DNA of 45,848 bases from an uncultured Gammaproteobacteria bacterium (lineage in GTDB: Bacteria > Patescibacteriota > Microgenomatia > UBA12405): assembly GCA_964448705.1 (NCBI GenBank), contig CAYUZS010000002.1, positions 1,729 through 47,576 of the forward strand. Reading direction: 5' to 3'. This document shows positions 26,537 to 34,589 of this stretch, one piece after another (position 1 is the stretch's first letter; each line of letters opens with the position of its first letter). The notes under the pieces were generated by a model. It was not told where the DNA came from. It was given only the letters and a program-made list of their open reading frames with translations, and did not search any database. The position numbers and the translations under genes are program-made.

Positions 26537-26986
26537 ATGTTAAAAAATGAAGATATTGATTTGATACTTGAACAAGGTTTAGCAGAATTGGGTATGGTAG
26601 GAGGTGTTATTGGCGGAGCATCGGCGGGAAGTTTGACGACGGCGGCAGTGTCGGTGCTAACCGGAGGTTCCGGGGCAAAAATAGGTGCCAGAAAGATTGC
26701 GACTGATCATAAAAATGAAACTATCGTGGTAAAAGATGATATTAAAACATCTAAATTAATTCGACAGTTCTTTGGAGAGGGAAACTTTGGTGTTGACGCT
26801 AATAATGAAAATTATGTAATTGGTCTCAGAGGTTCGGGTTTTTGGAATATGAATCCGTGTGTTTATGAGCTGGTTCAAAAACCCGGTGAGTTAAATGTTA
26901 CTACTCATGCAAAAGAGGGACTGATTAAACAAAATTCCTGCCAAAAAGCGATTGATAATTTGAAGTCATATTTATCGACTAATTAG
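26537..26986 (+). CDS. hypothetical protein with a glycine-zipper-like hydrophobic segment
   Basis: GMVGGVIGGASAGSLTTAAVSVLTGGSGAKIGA followed by a soluble domain of about 100 aa. Start ambiguous (TTG 26522 or ATG 26537). Confidence 0.4.
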   Translation: MLKNEDIDLILEQGLAELGMVGGVIGGASAGSLTTAAVSVLTGGSGAKIGARKIATDHKNETIVVKDDIKTSKLIRQFFGEGNFGVDANNENYVIGLRGSGFWNMNPCVYELVQKPGELNVTTHAKEGLIKQNSCQKAIDNLKSYLSTN

Positions 26987-27059
26987 TTTGAAAAGTTTAT
27001 TCAGCTGGAATTGGTCTGATGATGAAATTCGGATTTGATAAGAGATATACTGAGAAAGG

Positions 27060-28259
27060 ATGAGAAATGTTTGGAAAGAAGTTAAAAAACATAAAGTTTG
27101 GATCGGAATATATTTGACGGGAGTACATTTTTTGGCTTTAGTTGGGCTAATATTTATCGGAGTCTTTTTTGCAGTAAAGTTTAAGGTAACTGATATTCCG
27201 GGAAAAGTTGATAATTTAAATGAAAGTTTTGCGGATAACGCTCAACAGTCATTAGTACTGGGAACCGTAGATGATAAAAAATATGAACCGGGAAAAGATT
27301 TGGAAGTAAATGGAATCGACTCTCAAATTGAAGAGCTTAATAAAAAGAAGAAGGAAAAGATTGATTATTTGTGTACTTTAGAGGAGTTGAGTTTTGTAGC
27401 ACCAAAAAATGTAAAAAAAATAATGGCAGTTAAAAAGAAAACTAACTCGGAAATAATAGTTAAACAAATGATTTTTGCAGTTAGAACACATTTAACGGAT
27501 ATTAATCAACTTAACGCTGAAATTGAAAACTGCAGACTTAATTTTGATAATGAAAATATTAATGAAAAAGAAATAAGCGAAAGGGTAGAAAAAAGCCAAA
27601 GTGCGGATATTTTTGGTTGGCCGGATAAAGAAGAGTGGCAAAACGTTAAATTATCAATTCAGAAAGATGTGGATATTATTAACAAAGCAGCAACGGTTGC
27701 AGAAATTGATCCAAGGTTAATTGTTTCTGATTTGATGGTTGAACAGCTTAGGTTATTTTTTTCTCAGAGAGAACTTTATAAAAAATATTTTGAACCTTTA
27801 AAAATATTGGCTAATTCATATAAAATTTCGCTGGGAGTGATGGCGATTAAAGAAGAAACGGCAGTGCAGATAGAAAATCATCTGAAAGATATTAACAGCC
27901 CTTATTATTTGGGAGAAAAATATGAACATTTACTGGATTACCCGATGGAGGCCGATGAAAAAACAGTAAGGTTTAACAGACTGAGCAGTGAAGATCATTA
28001 TTATAGCTATCTTTACGCTGCTTTATATTTAAAACAAATAATGGAACAGTGGAAAAAGATGGGATATGACATCAGTAACCGCCCGGAAATTATAGGAACA
28101 TTGTTTAATGTCGGATTTTCTCAGTCTAGACCCAATGCTAATCCAAAAGTCGGTGGATCGACAGTGAAAATTGATCAGACGGAATATAGTTTTGGACGGT
28201 TATCTTACGAGTTTTTCTACTCCGGAGAAATGGTTGATGAATTTCCGATGAAAAATTAA
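27060..28259 (+). CDS. hypothetical membrane-anchored protein
   Basis: 399 aa. N-terminal TM, a coiled-coil-like stretch, and a C-terminal domain with faint lysozyme/transglycosylase-like strings (SLGVMAIKEETA, IGTLFNVGF). Not enough to call. Confidence 0.4.
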   Translation: MRNVWKEVKKHKVWIGIYLTGVHFLALVGLIFIGVFFAVKFKVTDIPGKVDNLNESFADNAQQSLVLGTVDDKKYEPGKDLEVNGIDSQIEELNKKKKEKIDYLCTLEELSFVAPKNVKKIMAVKKKTNSEIIVKQMIFAVRTHLTDINQLNAEIENCRLNFDNENINEKEISERVEKSQSADIFGWPDKEEWQNVKLSIQKDVDIINKAATVAEIDPRLIVSDLMVEQLRLFFSQRELYKKYFEPLKILANSYKISLGVMAIKEETAVQIENHLKDINSPYYLGEKYEHLLDYPMEADEKTVRFNRLSSEDHYYSYLYAALYLKQIMEQWKKMGYDISNRPEIIGTLFNVGFSQSRPNANPKVGGSTVKIDQTEYSFGRLSYEFFYSGEMVDEFPMKN

Positions 28260-28347
28260 ATTAACATATTGATATTTATATATGATATAAAAAATTAGAT
28301 TATAGTACGTTATAATAATTACAAATTACTATTTTAATTATTTTAAT

Positions 28348-29082
28348 ATGGGTTTAATCACTAAAGAAGAATTGGAGCGAAGTATAAGAACTAAAAATAG
28401 CAGGAAGACATTGACTGATCTGGAAAAGGACCTCAATTTGGTTGGCAGCTTTGGGGATAATATTAGGAATTTTTCTAATGTAGACGATATCAATATAAGA
28501 TTCATAGCTTTTATGGGAGTGAGTTTCACTGAAGGAATTGATAAAAGCTATTATCCCGGGATGGTCGATTCACACAATGGACTTGGATCAAAATTTCGGA
28601 GGAACCTAGCAAAGGTGTGTGTGGCAATGAATCCAATGTCATTAAATATGTTGAAAGAGAGAGCTGATATATTAATGGACAAGGCTCTGTCGATGCTAAA
28701 AGAAGGTAGTACAGATTATCACCGGATTAATATTGAAAAACAATTTATTTCGACCAGAAAATCAACTGACGAATGTATTAAAAGTTTGGGGAAATTACGA
28801 GAACAGGATCCGTCTTTGTGTAAACAAACTTTGATTGATAAAAGCATAAGAGTGGCTTGTTTAACCCACGAACAAAATAAGATAAATGATATATACAAAG
28901 CGGCGGGCAGTGATCTAAATAATGTATCCAAACATTTGAAGACAGTACAAATTGAACGGCAAGTTTTAATGGATGAAGTTAAAGAAGAATGTTTATTCGA
29001 TAAATTCTTAGAACTGCCGGAGTTTAGGTCTATATTTGTACTGCAACAGACTGAAAACTTAACAGAAAATTGGATTAAATAA
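28348..29082 (+). CDS. hypothetical protein
   Basis: 244-aa soluble, helix-rich ORF with no motif recognised. Confidence 0.4.
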   Translation: MGLITKEELERSIRTKNSRKTLTDLEKDLNLVGSFGDNIRNFSNVDDINIRFIAFMGVSFTEGIDKSYYPGMVDSHNGLGSKFRRNLAKVCVAMNPMSLNMLKERADILMDKALSMLKEGSTDYHRINIEKQFISTRKSTDECIKSLGKLREQDPSLCKQTLIDKSIRVACLTHEQNKINDIYKAAGSDLNNVSKHLKTVQIERQVLMDEVKEECLFDKFLELPEFRSIFVLQQTENLTENWIK

Positions 29083-29090
29083 TTTAGATA

Positions 29091-29702
29091 TTATTCCAGA
29101 ATACCATCGAGGTTGACGTCGTAGATGATGGCTTCAGTAACCAGACGATAACTGAGGATTTCTTCAGGTTTAAACCAGATGGCCATTTCTTTTTCGGCCT
29201 CTTCGACGGATCCAGAAGCATGAATGATATTGCGAACAGCTCTTTTATCCGAATCTGCGGACCGGTATGAATCAATAGTATAATCGCCGCGAATAGTTCC
29301 CGGCACCGAGGTTAATGGTTCGGTACCTCCGGTAATTTTTCTGATGACTCCAATAGCATTCATCCCCTGCCATACCATAGCGACAACAGGACCGCTGCTG
29401 AGGAACTCGACTAATTGTTTTCTGACGGCTTCGGCTAATTCTACCGGATCTTCTGTGGGAGGTGTTAAGCCTTTGGCTTTCCATGATTCAATCGATTTAG
29501 TACCGGTTTTTAGCGCCCATTCCGGATCAACGGAATAATGATTTAAAGCCATTTCTTTTGAAGGTACGACCATTTTAATAGCAATTAATTTTAAACCTGA
29601 TTGTTCATATCTTCTGATCGATTCACCAATAAGGCCCCGTTGGACACCATCCGGTTTAACCAATACTAAAGATTTTTCCTGTTTATTATCGTAGTTGTTC
29701 AT
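29091..29702 (-). CDS. ndk: nucleoside diphosphate kinase (long form with insertions)
   Basis: SLVLVKPDGVQRGLIGE, FLSSGPVVAMVWQG, GTIRGDY, NIIHASGS (active-site His). Start taken at ATG 29702; a TTG at 29720 is the alternative. Confidence 0.75.
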   Translation of the reverse strand: MNNYDNKQEKSLVLVKPDGVQRGLIGESIRRYEQSGLKLIAIKMVVPSKEMALNHYSVDPEWALKTGTKSIESWKAKGLTPPTEDPVELAEAVRKQLVEFLSSGPVVAMVWQGMNAIGVIRKITGGTEPLTSVPGTIRGDYTIDSYRSADSDKRAVRNIIHASGSVEEAEKEMAIWFKPEEILSYRLVTEAIIYDVNLDGILE

Positions 29703-29743
29703 AGTGGTGTATTTTGACAATGAATAATCATTATTGCAATAGG

Positions 29744-29771
29744 TTGATATATTGAGTAAAGTCGATATAAT
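29744..29771 (+). promoter_or_regulatory. promoter TTGATA-16 nt-TATAAT, then 6 nt, then ATG (leaderless geometry)
   Basis: -35 at 29744-29749, -10 at 29766-29771, ATG at 29778. Confidence 0.5.
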
Positions 29772-29777
29772 CTAAAT

Positions 29778-30083
29778 ATGGATAAAATATTTAAGTCTTT
29801 GGCTGATGTGAATCGGAGAAAAATTCTGACGGCACTTAAGGAAAAAGATTTAACGGTGAGCGAACTTCTAAATTATGTAGAAATAAAACAAGCGACACTT
29901 TCCAGCCATTTGGCAATACTTAGAAAAGCAAATTTGGTGGAATTTTTTGTAAAAGGAAAACAAAGAATATATAAGTTTAAAAAAGAGACGATAATTAGTT
30001 TTGTAAAAGAATTAAATAGGTTTTCCGGGTTAACGGATACAGATTCCAAGGATGAAATAATTTTACGGAGAAAAAACGACTAG
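29778..30083 (+). CDS. ArsR/SmtB family transcriptional regulator
   Basis: 101 aa. FKSLADVNRRKILTAL...LTVSEL...QATLSSHLAILRKANLV wHTH. Confidence 0.75.
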   Translation: MDKIFKSLADVNRRKILTALKEKDLTVSELLNYVEIKQATLSSHLAILRKANLVEFFVKGKQRIYKFKKETIISFVKELNRFSGLTDTDSKDEIILRRKND

Positions 30084-30088
30084 AAGGG

Positions 30089-30117
30089 TTGACTATAGGA
30101 TTTAACTAAGGTATTTT
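30089..30117 (+). promoter_or_regulatory. promoter TTGACT-17 nt-TATTTT, then 6 nt, then ATG (leaderless geometry)
   Basis: -35 at 30089-30094, -10 at 30112-30117, ATG at 30124. Confidence 0.45.
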
Positions 30118-30123
30118 TTGGTT

Positions 30124-30678
30124 ATGAAGAAATCATCAGAAGAAATCGTGAGTATGTTTTTAGGACTAGTGGTGGTGGTAGCAGTTGTCGGCTTGGTTTT
30201 TAGTTATTTTCAAAGACGAAAAGGTAATGTTGAAATTCCGGGAACGTCGCAAACATTAACTAAACCGGATGAAGGTGAAAATGTCAGCAATAAAAGAGAA
30301 TACACAGTGAAAAAAGGTGATAACTTGTGGAAAATAGCCGAGGAAACTTATGGTTCCGGTTATAATTGGGTTGATATTCAGAAAGCAAACGAAATTAAAA
30401 ATCCGGGTTTACTGGCTGTTGGCCAAAAGATTGTATTACCTGAACAGGTTAGTGCAATGGAGGTAACGGCGGAAAAAGGCGGCGACGAAATTAAAACTTC
30501 AAAAATAGAATCTGAAAATTATCAGGTAGTTAGAAACGACAATTTGTGGAAAATTGCAGTAAGGGCTTACGGAGATGGTTACCAATGGACAAAAATTTGG
30601 GAAAACAATAGAAATAAATTGAATGATCCCGATAAACTTGAAATCGGAATGATATTGACTTTGCCGGCAATAAGGTAA
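30124..30678 (+). CDS. membrane-anchored protein with two LysM domains
   Basis: N-terminal TM. Two repeats of Y.V..GDNLWKIA...YG.GY.W..I...N......L..G..I.LP. Confidence 0.8.
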   Translation: MKKSSEEIVSMFLGLVVVVAVVGLVFSYFQRRKGNVEIPGTSQTLTKPDEGENVSNKREYTVKKGDNLWKIAEETYGSGYNWVDIQKANEIKNPGLLAVGQKIVLPEQVSAMEVTAEKGGDEIKTSKIESENYQVVRNDNLWKIAVRAYGDGYQWTKIWENNRNKLNDPDKLEIGMILTLPAIR

Positions 30679-30716
30679 AATTGTGTTAGAATTACCCAGC
30701 AATTTATAATATAATT

Positions 30717-30787
30717 GCGGCTATGGTTTAGTGGTAAAATGAATCCTTCCCAAGGATTAGTCGAGGGTCCGATTCCCTCTAGCCGCT
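30717..30787 (+). tRNA. tRNA-Gly (anticodon CCC), unusual T loop TCCGATT
   Basis: GCGGCTA/TAGCCGC acceptor, anticodon loop TTCCCAA, T arm GAGGG-TCCGATT-CCCTC, discriminator T. Confidence 0.85.
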
Positions 30788-30823
30788 CCCATCCTAGACA
30801 AATATTTTAAGGGTGGAATTAAG

Positions 30824-30896
30824 GCCAGAGTAGCTCAGTTGGCAGAGCAGGACTTTCGTAAAGTCAAGGTCGGGAGTTCGATTCTCCCCTCTGGCT
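30824..30896 (+). tRNA. tRNA-Thr (anticodon CGT)
   Basis: GCCAGAG/CTCTGGC acceptor, anticodon loop TTCGTAA, T arm GGGAG-TTCGATT-CTCCC. Confidence 0.85.
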
Positions 30897-30924
30897 CATA
30901 AGTTATAATAGGTTAATAAAAAAT

Positions 30925-31644
30925 ATGGCAGAGTTTAGAAGATCACGTTTGGAAAAAAAAGCTGACGAAGAGATAACCAGAAAAACTGTTTTTTTGGGGT
31001 TATTAACAGTCGTTGTTTTTGTTTTGGTAATAGTTTTTGGTTTACCTTTCTTAATTAAATTTTCCATAATGCTGGGAGAGGCAAGAAGTAAACAGGATAG
31101 CCAAACACAGGAAAAAGTTTTGCCGCCAATGTCGCCGCGATTAATACTGCCGTTTGAAGCAACAAACAGCAGTCAAATTGTGATTTCCGGTTTAGCAGAA
31201 AAGAACATGATGGTGGAATTGCTTAAAAACGACGTATCTATTGCTAAAACGCAGACCAATGATGCCGGTGAATTTTCTTTTGACGGTATTCAACTTGATT
31301 CCGGCGACAGTAAGTTTACAGCGGTGGCGATCAGCGATAAGGGCGGAAGCAGTGAATCTTCAAAGGAAGTGACGGTGACCTATGATAATAATGCTCCGGC
31401 ATTAACCATGCTAAATCCAAGTGAAGACAGTTTAAGCGTTGATTCTGCCGACTTTGATGTGATCGGCCAGAGCGAACAAGAGGTAAGCATCACAATCAAC
31501 GGACAAGTGGCAATGGTGGATGACAACGGAAAATTTAAATTAAAAGTTCAGTTGAATACCGGTAAAAATAACATTGAAATTGTAGTTAAAGACCTAGCTG
31601 GAAATGAGACCAAGAAGACAATTGTTTTAACTTACGATATCTAA
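30925..31644 (+). CDS. membrane-anchored hypothetical protein with beta-rich (Ig-like?) repeats
   Basis: 239 aa. N-terminal TM, then two similar modules of about 80 aa (..ISGLAEKNMMVELLKNDV.. / ..VIGQSEQEVSITINGQ..). Confidence 0.35.
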   Translation: MAEFRRSRLEKKADEEITRKTVFLGLLTVVVFVLVIVFGLPFLIKFSIMLGEARSKQDSQTQEKVLPPMSPRLILPFEATNSSQIVISGLAEKNMMVELLKNDVSIAKTQTNDAGEFSFDGIQLDSGDSKFTAVAISDKGGSSESSKEVTVTYDNNAPALTMLNPSEDSLSVDSADFDVIGQSEQEVSITINGQVAMVDDNGKFKLKVQLNTGKNNIEIVVKDLAGNETKKTIVLTYDI

Positions 31645-32729
31645 ATTAGAACAAGGAATAGAATTACCCAAGGGTAAAACAAAGAATTGGCAAACAAAGA
31701 GTGAACAGCAAGAGCGACGATCATGCTTTGGGTAATTAAAGAAGATTTTTGAAAATAAAGCTTACTTCCATGGATAAACAAGGCAAAACCAATGATGCCG
31801 GAGGTACAAAGTATGGTTAGAAGACTGGAATCAAAACCGGAGTTAGAATGAGATTGAGGTTTATCGATATAACGTATGTATTGGAGATTATTATAACCAT
31901 GCCCGATAATCGGAGAAGTTGAAAAGACACCAACCCCCTCTTTATAATTTTCAATTTTGGCAAAGATGGACGAGGTTCTTTCTAATTTTGTCCCCTCTCC
32001 AGGTTGACGGGGAAGAATGAGAATAGTTAAACCAACTAAAACAATGCTGAGGATGGATAAATATTTTTTACCTGTTTTAAAGGAAATGTAAATAAAGGCG
32101 AATATTAAGGATAAAAAAGTAGAACGGCTGTAAGTTAATGAAATAGCAACATAAGTGATGATTATCAGAAGACGATTAATAATAGACGGATATGGTTTGT
32201 TTAAAAATAAATATATTAAGAAAAATAAATAAATGAGGGCGGTGAAAGTAGGATCAAAAAAACTGCTGACTAAACGATAAAGATGCGGATCCCAATTGAG
32301 GGAATTAAAAAAGGTAAAATCGGGCCAGAAAAAATATTGGATTAATCCAAATAAAATGTTGGAAATTATGGCCAGACGAAAAAAACTTTTAAGCCGGAGA
32401 TTGTTTTTTGAAAAAAGCGGGAAAACTATGAATGACAGCAGAGCGGTGAAACGCAGGAAATAAAATAATGGTTTTACAAAAGGGTAATGAAAAAATATCA
32501 GATTTGCCAATAATGAAACCAAAGAAAAACAGATAAAGTACAAAAAATACTTGTTTTGAGAAGTTATTTTTTTGGATAAAATGTGGTTTAAAAGATTGAC
32601 GGAGGCTAAAAGTAAAATGAAAATATCGATAACCGGGAAGGAAATCGAAAAAAGAGTAACACGTAACAGTTGGCCAAAATTGAAGACGATAATAAGTGCA
32701 AGAGTAATTAAGAATTGGATAAGTGCCAT
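31641..32729 (-). CDS. O-antigen ligase/polymerase-like (Wzy_C-type) membrane protein
   Basis: 362 aa, about 10 TM helices, YSRSTFLSL segment and one larger loop. Sits in a glycosyltransferase cluster. Confidence 0.5.
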   Translation of the reverse strand: MALIQFLITLALIIVFNFGQLLRVTLFSISFPVIDIFILLLASVNLLNHILSKKITSQNKYFLYFICFSLVSLLANLIFFHYPFVKPLFYFLRFTALLSFIVFPLFSKNNLRLKSFFRLAIISNILFGLIQYFFWPDFTFFNSLNWDPHLYRLVSSFFDPTFTALIYLFFLIYLFLNKPYPSIINRLLIIITYVAISLTYSRSTFLSLIFAFIYISFKTGKKYLSILSIVLVGLTILILPRQPGEGTKLERTSSIFAKIENYKEGVGVFSTSPIIGHGYNNLQYIRYIDKPQSHSNSGFDSSLLTILCTSGIIGFALFIHGSKLYFQKSSLITQSMIVALAVHSLFANSLFYPWVILFLVLI

Positions 32730-33478
32730 AATTTGGCTCTAACTAAAAAAGAATGAAAGCTCATCCCTAAAGCTAAGATGATACCGGGAGTACTGTCCAG
32801 AAAACCTAATCTAAAAATGTAATTTTGAATAAATTTTCCTACAGGGTAGGCAATTACTTTAAAGAGATCGACCTGAATGTGCTGATGATAAAGTTCATGG
32901 GCACGAATGGTGGAATAGAAATTTATTTTTTGAAAAAATGTATCTAAATTTTGATGAGATGGGTGGAGAAGATAGGTTTCAAGACATAAGGCCGATTTTT
33001 TTGAATACCAAATTTCATGTACTTTTCCTGAAAAATGACCGTGTTTCTTGTGAAATAGACGAAGAAAATAAAGAGAAGATGTCTCCCCGTGTTTCAATTC
33101 TTTGCCAAGAAAAATATCATGACGAGAAAAGGCATAATTGAAATATTTTTTGGGTTTAAAGTTTTTAATGTATTTAACGAAATCCTCTGAAGGTACTTCA
33201 TCCGGATCTATCCACAAAATCCAATCGTTTGAGCTTTTGGATACGGCGTATTGACGCTGGGCGGAAAAATTGTTGTTTAATCCCCTGCTGTAAACTTTTA
33301 GTTTTCTGGAATCAGATTGTAGTTTTTTTAGAGAATTAAGAGTGTTGTCGACGGATAAATCGTCGACAACAACAATTTCATTAATGATGGGACATTCGTC
33401 CAACCAACCAAAGTTGTTTAAGATTTTGTTTTCTTCGTTGTGGGTAAGAAGGAGGAGAGTGATGTTAGGCATACTCAT
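32708..33478 (-). CDS. glycosyltransferase family 2
   Basis: ITLLLLTHNEE...VVDDLSVDNT...WIDPDE (DxD-like) motifs. Confidence 0.7.
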   Translation of the reverse strand: MSMPNITLLLLTHNEENKILNNFGWLDECPIINEIVVVDDLSVDNTLNSLKKLQSDSRKLKVYSRGLNNNFSAQRQYAVSKSSNDWILWIDPDEVPSEDFVKYIKNFKPKKYFNYAFSRHDIFLGKELKHGETSSLYFLRLFHKKHGHFSGKVHEIWYSKKSALCLETYLLHPSHQNLDTFFQKINFYSTIRAHELYHQHIQVDLFKVIAYPVGKFIQNYIFRLGFLDSTPGIILALGMSFHSFLVRAKLWHLSNS

Positions 33479-34553
33479 TTTGATATATTTTGAATATTTT
33501 TTCTACATACATTTTCCAGTTCATTTTAACAGTTTTATATGATGATATGTTTTTATTGTTAAGTACATCTCTAATATTTTTTCTTGCAACTTTAATATCA
33601 CATGGATGCAAAACTCCACTTAGGCCATTTTTAATTATTTCTGGTGTTCCACCTTGATTTTTCCCAACTACAAAAATATTGTTGTTTGTTGCTTCTAATG
33701 TTGTTATGCCAAATGGTTCGTTTTCATTGTTAGCTAAATAAATAGAACTTTTTTTCAAAATTTCAATCTTCTTTTTGTTACTTTCAGTTGACACTAGATT
33801 TATTTTTACTCTTGTTTTCTTGGATACCTTAATAATTTCGTTATATTCATGTGTACTTCTTCCAATTATTGTAATTGAATCAATTAATCCACTTAATTCA
33901 TACAAAGAGAATGTATGTCCTTTTATTTTAGATAGTAATCCAATAGAAATTATCTTATTGTTGTTTTTAATAAAACATTTCCTTGGTGGAGTTTCTTTTA
34001 GTCCAGGATAGATTACAAATGATTTCTTACCATATATTTTTTTAATTTTGTTTTCAGAATAATATGAGTTTGAAATAATTACCTTGGCTTTCCTTGTATT
34101 TAATATATCTATTAATCTAATTGGATACCTTACGATTCTTGATAAAGTCCTTTTAAATGAATAATAGTCAAAAGAAGTTTTTTCGTAAAATTCCCTTTTT
34201 GGTTCGTTAAGTATATAAATGTACTTTGTTTGATTACTTAGATATTTCAAAATATATGGGCTTTGTATAATTGAACACTGAAAAACTAATACCAAATCGT
34301 ATTTGTTACCTATGTTGGCAGCTATTTCTTTACTTACATTCTTTAATTCAAAAAATATTTGTAATAGATGTTGAAATATATTATTTGTTTTTTTAAGTTT
34401 GTATACATAAATATTTTTGAAATATCTATTGTTAATCAAGTTCTTGTGACAAAAAATATCTATTTCGTTATTTTTATAAATATTTTTGACGATTTTGGTG
34501 AGTTGGATTAATGCACCTCCTTTTTCAAGATTATGATATATGGCAATTTTCAT
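33465..34553 (-). CDS. glycosyltransferase family 4 (GT-B)
   Basis: 362 aa. C-terminal EPFGITTLEA...GG.PEII motif. Noticeably lower GC than neighbouring genes. Confidence 0.65.
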   Translation of the reverse strand: MKIAIYHNLEKGGALIQLTKIVKNIYKNNEIDIFCHKNLINNRYFKNIYVYKLKKTNNIFQHLLQIFFELKNVSKEIAANIGNKYDLVLVFQCSIIQSPYILKYLSNQTKYIYILNEPKREFYEKTSFDYYSFKRTLSRIVRYPIRLIDILNTRKAKVIISNSYYSENKIKKIYGKKSFVIYPGLKETPPRKCFIKNNNKIISIGLLSKIKGHTFSLYELSGLIDSITIIGRSTHEYNEIIKVSKKTRVKINLVSTESNKKKIEILKKSSIYLANNENEPFGITTLEATNNNIFVVGKNQGGTPEIIKNGLSGVLHPCDIKVARKNIRDVLNNKNISSYKTVKMNWKMYVEKIFKIYQNEYA

Positions 34554-34554
34554 A

Positions 34555-34583
34555 TTGACAGACTTTCTTTGTATAAGTAATAT
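34555..34583 (+). promoter_or_regulatory. promoter TTGACA-17 nt-TAATAT, then 6 nt, then ATG (leaderless geometry)
   Basis: -35 at 34555-34560, -10 at 34578-34583, ATG at 34590. Confidence 0.5.
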
Positions 34584-34589
34584 TTAAAT

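Noticed and set aside
33042-33057. parS-like sequence TGTTTCTTGTGAAATA inside the GT2 gene
   Set aside because: It has three mismatches to TGTTNCACGTGAAACA, including both central bases, and it is far from parB. Most likely chance in AT-rich DNA.
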